The translations under genes and the position numbers were made by a program. Positions 1-6,579 of a stretch of 8,452 bases of DNA are shown here, in pieces (within the stretch, counting starts at the first letter, position 1; every line of letters begins with the position of its first letter). This DNA is from Candidatus Wukongarchaeum yapensis (GTDB lineage Archaea > Asgardarchaeota > Wukongarchaeia > Wukongarchaeales > Wukongarchaeaceae): assembly GCA_016840425.1 (NCBI GenBank), contig JAEOSI010000086.1:1-8452 (forward strand). The letters run 5' to 3'. The notes beneath the pieces are model-generated. The model saw only the letters and a list, made by a program, of their open reading frames with translations, was not told the origin of the DNA and made no database searches.

Positions 1-236
1 GAAGCGACTTCTGTAAGGGCTTCTTCCTTTTTTTCTTTCTCTTCACGTATTGTAGTGCTTAGTTTTGAAGATTTTTGATTTAAAAAATCTCTTTTTTTAG
101 CCCATTCTTCTGCTTCTTTTAAAGCATTATCCCGTAGTTTTACCAACTCTTCAACTTTTTTTTCAATTAGTTTCTCCTCATCCTCGTAAATTGTTTTTAC
201 ACCAGCTCCTGCATTACCACTTTCCAAATATTTCAC
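1..236 (-). CDS. N-terminal part (about 78 aa; runs off the window edge) of a charged coiled-coil protein, possibly the archaeal COG1340-like coiled-coil family
   Basis: Manual translation from GTG at 236 (in-frame TAA at 240-242 bounds it upstream): MKYLESGNAGAGVKTIYEDEEKLIEKKVEELVKLRDNALKEAEEWAKKRDFLNQKSSKLSTTIREEKEKKEEALTEVA, with no stop to the edge. E/K-rich and heptad-like. The KRDxLN motif resembles archaeal coiled-coil proteins; the family call is from recall only. Not in the ORF track. Confidence 0.65.
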   Translation of the reverse strand, partial: MKYLESGNAGAGVKTIYEDEEKLIEKKVEELVKLRDNALKEAEEWAKKRDFLNQKSSKLSTTIREEKEKKEEALTEVA

Positions 237-477
237 CTTTTACCTTGTTTTATTATCTATCTCCTATTGTTTTCTTTTTTAAGAATTTTATAGTTAAGGG
301 TTGATTTTAAAAAAATTTAAGCCTATGGGAAGTAAAAATAGAAATTGTGATATGATAGAAGTTTTTATTTTATTTTATTTTCAATAATCTCTTTTTTAAA
401 AATCTTACTTGGATAACACCTATGGTTAAATTGGCTCGCGTGGTTATATTTTTTTGTCACGCCATCTATAGATTAGA

Positions 478-487
478 TATATTAAAA
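478..487 (+). promoter_or_regulatory. Candidate TATA box for the 515..1744 gene
   Basis: TATATTAAAA lies about 30 nt upstream of the GTG start, the spacing expected for a short or leaderless archaeal transcript. The AT-rich context weakens the call. Confidence 0.35.
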
Positions 488-514
488 CATTACTATTGCT
501 CCTAAAATCAAGAA

Positions 515-1744
515 GTGGGGAAAAAGGTGTTAGATATATTGTTAAAGCAAAGGTCTCAAAAAAACGTTTATCGTGCCTTGATTGCTCCCGTTTCTGAAGA
601 GAGCGTGACTTTCCTTAGAGGGTTCTTTGAAAATTTAATTGAGCTTGGATTTGATAAAAAATTATGCAATTATCTTAAAAGCTTTATCTTGTTGTTGGCT
701 ACGGCTAGTGCATATAAAAAAAACGGTAGGGAAGAAGGAGGGGTGGTGTTTGAGGATATAGTTACCGGCGTTTATTGTACGTTGTATTTATTAACTTCGG
801 GGAATGTTGAAGAGATTCTGCGAGAAAAAGCTTTTCAGTTTGGTCTGCCTAAGTTTCGAACTATTTTGGATCTTGGAGAGATTTCTTTTGTGACTTTTTC
901 TAAGCCTGCAAAGGCGCGCATGATTTTCCTTGAAGAACAGCTCTCAGATTTTCTTAAAGGATGTAAGTTTTCGAAAGAAGATATGGAAAATATTGTGAGG
1001 AGAGTTGTTAGAAGTATGGGTATTTTAGCTATAACTTTGGCTAAAAACATGAGTAGAAATATTGTTGAAGAGTCGGATGTGTTAACTGGTAGGGAGATTA
1101 TACATTTTCTTTTGTTTAAGTTAACACCGTTGGAGCTTAGATGTTTGTATGGACTTTACACTTTGAGTAAAGAAGAAGCTTTGAAAATTTTAATTGGGAA
1201 CGAGCCTTGTTTAATTCCTTTAATATCAGGAGAAAAAATTTTCGGGCAGGATGAGAAGGCAGTAAGATTAAGTTTTCCTTATTTTAAGGCTTTTGGAACA
1301 AGCTTAAACCTTCTTATTTCAGCGTTAGAAATGATATTAAAGATGGAAAAATTATCTGATGATTGTGGTATTAATGGGAAGGATGAATCTGTAAAAAAAG
1401 CGCTTGAAAAGTTAATGTTTCTCCTTGATCGATCTGAGAAAGAAGTCACGGATTTTTTAAGAGATCCTGTAAATGATCTTAAGCCGGAAATTGAGGCAGC
1501 TAAAACCGTTAAAAGTTTTAAGAAACGTTTTGAAGAATTTTTGCTTATAAAGAGCGGTCGGGAAAATTATCTCTTAAAATATGCGAATATTGCAACCCAT
1601 TTTTCAAGCTTTTTAACCCTTATAGCCTTTGCTAAAGCAAAAAAAGACCCAAAACAAAAAAAAGTTAAAAAAGAACACGTACTATTAGCTTTTATAACCT
1701 TAACAGAGTATATAGATTCTAAAATAAACCAGTCCTCTCCATAA
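515..1744 (+). CDS. Hypothetical alpha-helical protein (409 aa) with four degenerate ~100-aa repeats resembling the AAA+ lid / histone-fold C-terminal motif
   Basis: Long ORF with a GTG start (alternative GTG at 527; first in-frame ATG only at codon 136). Repeat ends: EDIVTGVYCTLYLL (aa 80-93), SDVLTGREIIHFLL (187-200), ESVKKALEKLMFLL (291-304), EHVLLAFITLTEYI (387-400). No Walker A/B. Coding status is confident; the fold assignment is inference. Confidence 0.85.
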   Translation: MGKKVLDILLKQRSQKNVYRALIAPVSEESVTFLRGFFENLIELGFDKKLCNYLKSFILLLATASAYKKNGREEGGVVFEDIVTGVYCTLYLLTSGNVEEILREKAFQFGLPKFRTILDLGEISFVTFSKPAKARMIFLEEQLSDFLKGCKFSKEDMENIVRRVVRSMGILAITLAKNMSRNIVEESDVLTGREIIHFLLFKLTPLELRCLYGLYTLSKEEALKILIGNEPCLIPLISGEKIFGQDEKAVRLSFPYFKAFGTSLNLLISALEMILKMEKLSDDCGINGKDESVKKALEKLMFLLDRSEKEVTDFLRDPVNDLKPEIEAAKTVKSFKKRFEEFLLIKSGRENYLLKYANIATHFSSFLTLIAFAKAKKDPKQKKVKKEHVLLAFITLTEYIDSKINQSSP

Positions 1745-1755
1745 TGGCTGACAAT

Positions 1756-2529
1756 TCACTCATCAGTTATGTAGTTCATTCCCCCACTCCAAATCCTAGA
1801 AAGTTCTCCATAAAGAATGTCTAGACCCTCCCATGTTTTGTTTGACACTGGTATTGGTTGTGCATAGGCCGTGTAAACGTTTTCTATGACGCTTAAAAGT
1901 TCCTCACTTGTGATCCTCAGTAGGCCTTTTGTTCCCTCTTCTAAAGCCGTTATGAGGAGTTCAGGCGATTCGCCCCAAGAAATAATCCGGTCAATATCCT
2001 CATCAAGCAACAAGTCACTCTTTGATAAAACATGGAGATTAGGAATATTAAACCTGCATTGCACGCTTAAAGAAAGGAATAGAACTGAGATATATCCTGA
2101 AGGATCTTTTGATAGAAAAGGATCGATTAAAAAAATTAAAGCAGATTTTTCCGAGGATAGATCATTGACTATTATGGGACCTGTTTCTCTAAAAGCGAAA
2201 AGTTCCATTTGACCTGGCGTGTCAACAAGAACAATGTCTGCGTTAAAGTCATCAATCTCCTTTTTAATATCAAACACATGGGTGCCTATAAGGTCTGTAC
2301 TCGCCACTAAAGCAGCATTAGGTCCTAGTTCGTAGTCAAGCATTACTTTCTCATAATCTATCCAATCTCTTACATCGATCTCGGTAGAATAAGGAACAAC
2401 TCGGACGCCTGGATCTAAGTTTACAGCTATAACGTCTAGATCTATTTGTTGGAGATATTCACGAAAAGCCGTGGTTAAAGCTGTTTTCCCTGAACCAGCA
2501 GTACCTATTATAAAAGCGAAATAAGTCAA
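1756..2529 (-). CDS. GPN-loop GTPase (archaeal ATP/GTP-binding protein, PRK13768-like)
   Basis: P-loop GTAGSGKT, NLDPG, signature GPN (LGPNAAL), G3 DTPGQ, G4-like SKSD. The TTG start is needed because no in-frame ATG lies between the upstream TAA (2560-2562) and the P-loop. Confidence 0.95.
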   Translation of the reverse strand: MTYFAFIIGTAGSGKTALTTAFREYLQQIDLDVIAVNLDPGVRVVPYSTEIDVRDWIDYEKVMLDYELGPNAALVASTDLIGTHVFDIKKEIDDFNADIVLVDTPGQMELFAFRETGPIIVNDLSSEKSALIFLIDPFLSKDPSGYISVLFLSLSVQCRFNIPNLHVLSKSDLLLDEDIDRIISWGESPELLITALEEGTKGLLRITSEELLSVIENVYTAYAQPIPVSNKTWEGLDILYGELSRIWSGGMNYITDE

Positions 2530-2706
2530 TTTTATCCAAACTCCGCCCGATAAAAAGGCTTATTTAATCTTTAGGAATTTTATTGTTATATCATATAAGA
2601 TGATTAAGAATGTGGATAATAAATAAACGAGGATTGGGAGATTGATTACCTAAAAACACAAAAACTAAACTAAAAGTTTAAATTTTTAATAAGTGGCTTT
2701 TTGGTT

Positions 2707-3567
2707 TTAATTTTTATTTTTAATATTATTTTCTGTTTTTCTGATGGTTTTATCGATTTTTATGGGGATTATTTCGCATTCGCCTCCAAGCTCTTCTACT
2801 CGTAATGCTAACTCTTTTTGAACCTCCTCTATAGTTTTAATTAGAGTTTCTGGGACTCCCATGCCCGTGATATGCACTCTTATGAAAGACCTTAATCCTT
2901 CTAACCCCATAGGGTGACTTTTTATCCAGATATCAGGAAACTCCTCCATTAATGCTTCTATTTGTGGGGCAAGGGAACTTTCCATGACGCCTATAATGTT
3001 AATATGTGCTTCTATAAAGCTTGTAACTTCATCCTTATCGCATATGAGTTTCGAAACACTTTCTTCGAAAATGGCTTTCATCTCCGCTGGAACACCAGGA
3101 AGACAAATTATTGTGACTCTCCCAGGTTTTAACATTACTCCAGGGGCTACTCCAACAGGGTTAGATAAGGGTATAGCATCTTTTGGGAGCATAGACATTT
3201 TTTGTCTATGGCGAGTGAGTTTTTCTCCTAAAAGTTTATACTTTTCTTTTATCATTTTTAGCGCTTCTTCATTTTCCTCAAGATCCTTTCCTGTGGCCTT
3301 TGCTACTCCCTCCAATGTAAGGTCGTCAAAAGTGGGTCCTAATCCACCCGTAATTATGATAAAGTCAGGTGGTCCAGGAAAAGTCACTCGCCCGATGATA
3401 TTATCTAAAATAGAGCTTATTTCATCGATATCATCTCGACAAATGGTTGCTTTAAGAACCATCACACCCATAGCTGTTAAATGTTTGGCTAAATAGTTTG
3501 TGTTTGTGTCCAATACCTCTCCTATGAGAAGCTCGTTTCCTACAGCTAATATTTCAGCAAAAATCAT
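2707..3567 (-). CDS. CinA N-terminal / molybdopterin-binding-like COG1058 protein (putative ADP-ribose/FAD-type pyrophosphatase), lacking the PncC NMN-deamidase domain
   Basis: Motifs GNELLIGEVLDTN, TGGLGPTFDDLT and LPGVPAEM, plus the archaeal-type C-terminal IKSHPMG. Start moved from GTG 3597 to ATG 3567 (MIFAEILAVG), which has an upstream GGGTG and sits 19 nt after the prenyl synthase stop. Confidence 0.88.
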   Translation of the reverse strand: MIFAEILAVGNELLIGEVLDTNTNYLAKHLTAMGVMVLKATICRDDIDEISSILDNIIGRVTFPGPPDFIIITGGLGPTFDDLTLEGVAKATGKDLEENEEALKMIKEKYKLLGEKLTRHRQKMSMLPKDAIPLSNPVGVAPGVMLKPGRVTIICLPGVPAEMKAIFEESVSKLICDKDEVTSFIEAHINIIGVMESSLAPQIEALMEEFPDIWIKSHPMGLEGLRSFIRVHITGMGVPETLIKTIEEVQKELALRVEELGGECEIIPIKIDKTIRKTENNIKNKN

Positions 3568-3586
3568 ATCTTCACACCCTTTTTTG

Positions 3587-4678
3587 TTAATAGGCACGCT
3601 CTACAACGAAATTTACAAGTTCAATAAGCCAGTCCATCGCTTTTTTTTCGAGGGGAGGTTCTGCTTCTTCGAGGCTTGTTTTTGCTATTTTTACGAATTC
3701 CTCAGCCTTTTTCTCAGCATATTCGAGAGCATCAGTTTCCCGCATTATGTCCCGAATCATATCGATCTCTTCAGGGGTAGAGTTTTGTTTTCCTAGAACT
3801 TGTCCTAATATTTTTTTCTGATCCTTTGAAGCTTCTTGAAGAGTTTTGATTATGAGAATCGTTTTCTTATTTGTTTTTATATCACTGTCTGCACCTTTAC
3901 CCATGGTTTCTACTACTCCGAAACTTCCAAGAATGTCGTCACGTATCTGAAACGCTTTCCCCATAGCTATCGCGTAATTACTTAAAGCTTCTATTTGCTT
4001 CTCAGTACCGCTGCCTAAAATGGCGCCTATAAGACAAGCTTTTTCGAAAAGTACTGCTGTTTTTAAACGGATAACTTCAAAGTAGCCTTTTTCGGTAACC
4101 TCTGTTTCTCTACATGTCAAGTCAAGCTCTAAAATGATACCATCGATAATTTCATTATACGCGGTGTTGAAATAATTTACTGCTTTTATAAGAGCGTCTC
4201 CTTTAAAGCCTGAAGTGAAGAACGCGTTTAGACCCAAACTCCAAACAAGATCGCCTGCAAGAATAGCCATACTAACGCCGAAATGGACAGGATCCTTAAA
4301 AAGCAAATCATTAGCATGTTTTATATGCCAATCCTTGTACTGGACGTGGAACGTTTTTTTGCCCCATCTTAGTTCGTCAAGATCGATGACATCATCGTGG
4401 AGAAGACTTGCGTTATGAAGAAACTCTAAAGGCAAACTGGCCCGCGTAATGTTTCCCTTTCCCTCCTTTTCACTTCCTTTAACCGTATCATATGCCACTA
4501 AGGCTAAGGAAGGCCTAAGCCGTTTACCGCCCCTCAAAATATAATCCCCGGTATCAGAATAGTAACGTAGGGGAAACTCTCCTAAGGGTTTAACATGCTC
4601 GATGATTTCATCAAAATAAAGACGGATTTCTTCTTCTACTTTTTTTGCTAATGGTTTTAATTTTTCAATAAAAGACAT
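3587..4678 (-). CDS. trans-isoprenyl (polyprenyl) diphosphate synthase, IdsA/GGPPS family; product chain length uncertain
   Basis: GGKRLRP, FARM ASLLHDDVIDxxxLRWG, AILAGD, KTA, SARM FQIRDDILG, GKxxxSDIxxxKKT. ATG 4678 is preferred (AGGTG about 6 nt upstream); the track uses GTG 4687. Confidence 0.93.
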   Translation of the reverse strand: MSFIEKLKPLAKKVEEEIRLYFDEIIEHVKPLGEFPLRYYSDTGDYILRGGKRLRPSLALVAYDTVKGSEKEGKGNITRASLPLEFLHNASLLHDDVIDLDELRWGKKTFHVQYKDWHIKHANDLLFKDPVHFGVSMAILAGDLVWSLGLNAFFTSGFKGDALIKAVNYFNTAYNEIIDGIILELDLTCRETEVTEKGYFEVIRLKTAVLFEKACLIGAILGSGTEKQIEALSNYAIAMGKAFQIRDDILGSFGVVETMGKGADSDIKTNKKTILIIKTLQEASKDQKKILGQVLGKQNSTPEEIDMIRDIMRETDALEYAEKKAEEFVKIAKTSLEEAEPPLEKKAMDWLIELVNFVVERAY

Positions 4679-4752
4679 GAAAGGCACCTACAAAAGAGAG
4701 AACCATGTTTCCGATAACAAATAATACTCAAAGTGAAAACTTCTCATAAGCT

Positions 4753-4760
4753 GATATAAA
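4753..4760 (-). promoter_or_regulatory. Candidate TATA box (TTTATATC) for the prenyl synthase / CinA-N unit
   Basis: The minus strand reads GATAATTTATATCA about 75 nt upstream of ATG 4678. Confidence 0.3.
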
Positions 4761-4860
4761 TTATCTGTTTCAAATTGTTTAAATAACATGTCAACGAAGA
4801 ATATAAAACTAATACATGCCCAAAATTTTTAAATTTTCATGCATAGTTTGAATTTAGGTC

Positions 4861-4880
4861 ATAATTGTACAATTATATAT
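4861..4880 (+). promoter_or_regulatory. Perfect 16-bp palindrome (ATAATTGTACAATTAT, 4861-4876) overlapping a TATA-like box (TTATATAT, 4873-4880) upstream of psmB
   Basis: The palindrome was checked by hand against its own reverse complement. It lies in the divergent intergenic region, about 40-55 nt before the proposed CTG start. Confidence 0.5.
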
Positions 4881-4903
4881 TTGTTTTTTTGTATTTGTTT
4901 TAT

Positions 4904-4911
4904 GGTGGTGA
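4904..4911 (+). promoter_or_regulatory. Shine-Dalgarno-like site GGTGGTGA for psmB
   Basis: 7/8 match to archaeal GGAGGTGA, ending 6 nt before CTG 4918. Confidence 0.6.
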
Positions 4912-4917
4912 GTTAAA

Positions 4918-5517
4918 CTGGCGTTTTTTGGTGGAGCAACGGCTGTTGGAATAGCATTTAAAGAGGGAGTCGTATTAGCTGCTGAAAAAAGATATACACT
5001 AGGTCACCTTGTCCAAAGTAAAAGCGCTAAAAAAGTGTTCAAAATAAACGAATATTTGGGAGTGGCTTGTGCTGGCCTTATATCGGATATGACCATTCTC
5101 GCAAAACTAATAGGAGCCCAAGCAAGCCTCTTCATGTTAGACAACGAAAGACAACTACCCGTAGAAGCTGCTGCAAAATTGATGAGTAATATAATGTTTA
5201 ACCGTAGGTTTTTCCCTTACTTTACCGAAGTAATAATCGGGGGCTTCGAACCGGAAGGTTCAAAGATCTTTGTTCTTGATCCTATAGGCTCTTTGATACC
5301 CGACAGGTATACTACTACGGGGTCTGGAGCTCCCATAGCCATGGGTGTTCTAGAAGATGAATATAATGAAGATTTATCCTTAAAAGAGGCAAAGGATTTG
5401 GCTGTAAGGGCTATGATTGCAGCCTTAAAGCGTGATTCCCAAAGTGGTAATGGTGTGGATTTGTTAATCATAGATAAAAAGGGAGTAAAAGAAGAATACA
5501 TAAAGTTTGAATCATGA
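4918..5517 (+). CDS. psmB: 20S proteasome beta subunit, predicted non-catalytic (Thr1 replaced by Ala); proposed CTG start, 199 aa
   Basis: The frame stays open upstream of the track's GTG 5035 and encodes the conserved N-terminal strands: (M)AFFGG-ATAVGIAFKEGVVLAAEKRYTLGHLVQSKSAKKVF. Later motifs are GVACAGLISD, TGSG and RDSQSGNG. An in-frame TGA lies at 4909-4911, with no ATG/GTG/TTG between it and 5035. Confidence 0.93.
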   Translation: MAFFGGATAVGIAFKEGVVLAAEKRYTLGHLVQSKSAKKVFKINEYLGVACAGLISDMTILAKLIGAQASLFMLDNERQLPVEAAAKLMSNIMFNRRFFPYFTEVIIGGFEPEGSKIFVLDPIGSLIPDRYTTTGSGAPIAMGVLEDEYNEDLSLKEAKDLAVRAMIAALKRDSQSGNGVDLLIIDKKGVKEEYIKFES

Positions 5518-5535
5518 AAAGTTTTTTTCTTTTTT
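5518..5535 (+). terminator. Oligo-T tract, candidate archaeal intrinsic terminator for psmB in the short convergent junction
   Basis: TTTTTTTCTTTTTT follows the psmB stop almost immediately. Confidence 0.4.
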
Positions 5536-6490
5536 ACTTTTTCTGTTTTTCCAATTCGATCTCGTAATCAAGTTCTGTCATCTTGATACCTATTTTATGC
5601 AATTGTTCGTTTGCTTTTTTTAGGGAATTAGAGTCTTTTAGTGCTTGAGCTAGAGGGCTTAATTCAAAAACAACTCGGGGGTCAAGGTAGAAAGTTAATG
5701 TGGATAAAATGGATTGAAAAACGTGGCGTTTACCTTTTCTAATTGCTCTTTCTCCGAAAACTCCTTTGAAAGCGTCTACAGGGATCTTGCTTGCTTCTGT
5801 TTTTGCTTTGATCATTATTTTTTCCATTAATTCAACCTCTTCAAAGCTTAGTCCTTTTGCTCCAAGATATCCTCCCTTAGCAGCTATCTCGGAGAGGTAT
5901 TTTAAAAGCTCTTCTTGTTTCAACTCTCCATCGCTTCCAAAACCGAAAAAACCTACAACAGAAGGTATTTTATAGTCGGTTTTTAATTTCGCTAAAATCG
6001 CTAACATTAAGCTGTCTGCAAGGGGGCTTCTTAGTCCCGGCTCTTTCCCTCGAGCGATAACATCTCCTCCAACATCGATGCCGACAACTAAGTCAATATT
6101 TAACTGTTTCAACGTGTCTAATAGTCCTTTTAAAACGTTTACTACTCCCCCCGTGATATCAATAAGCAATACTTTTTCATTTAAAACTTCGACAACATAT
6201 GAGGCTTGTAAAAAGTTTCTTCCACGAATCTGAGTCGAAGAGGAAGCAAGACCAGTGCTACATGAGAGTATCTCAACATCTTCAAGCTCTTCCAACGACC
6301 TAGGGCCAGGTAAGGGATCCAGAAACCAGCGCTCCCAAGTAAGGGAACCCAAAATAACCTCTTTTCCTAAAATGTTTTTGATGTAATAGACGGTAGGGAT
6401 GCTCCCTATAACATCCCCTCCACCACCAATACCTACAACCAAGGCCTTTTTGCAGTTCATTACTAAGTGGTCGAAAGAAGTGTTATTCAT
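5534..6490 (-). CDS. DUF1152 family protein (function unknown)
   Basis: N-terminal LVVGIGGGGDV, then IDVGGDVIARGxEPGLRSPLADSLML and GxDGEL, matching the DUF1152 pattern as I recall it. ATG start, 318 aa. Confidence 0.82.
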   Translation of the reverse strand: MNNTSFDHLVMNCKKALVVGIGGGGDVIGSIPTVYYIKNILGKEVILGSLTWERWFLDPLPGPRSLEELEDVEILSCSTGLASSSTQIRGRNFLQASYVVEVLNEKVLLIDITGGVVNVLKGLLDTLKQLNIDLVVGIDVGGDVIARGKEPGLRSPLADSLMLAILAKLKTDYKIPSVVGFFGFGSDGELKQEELLKYLSEIAAKGGYLGAKGLSFEEVELMEKIMIKAKTEASKIPVDAFKGVFGERAIRKGKRHVFQSILSTLTFYLDPRVVFELSPLAQALKDSNSLKKANEQLHKIGIKMTELDYEIELEKQKK

Positions 6491-6579
6491 CTCAAACAGC
6501 TCAAAAAATTAATCAGTTCGAAAATTCGAGCTAAAGAACTTACTCGAAAAAACTTCAGGATCGAATAAATACAAGTTTT

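Noticed and set aside
362-381. Short tandem repeats (TTTTA)n, and AAAAGAC x2 near 7695-7710
   Set aside because: Low-complexity runs with no spacer structure; neither CRISPR nor transposon ends.
422-505. 27-codon ATG ORF in frame with, and just upstream of, the 515 gene (possible read-through or lost N-terminus)
   Set aside because: It ends in TAA at 503-505, spans the likely TATA box and has no coding-like features. It cannot be fully excluded without homologues.
2707-2760. K/N-rich C-terminal tail of the CinA-N protein
   Set aside because: Probably a non-conserved low-complexity extension into AT-rich sequence; no evidence of function.
4821-4842. AAAATTT-TT-AAATTTT inverted repeat; also TTATAT-C-ATATAA at 2586-2598
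   Set aside because: Made almost entirely of A/T in very AT-rich spacers, so expected by chance.
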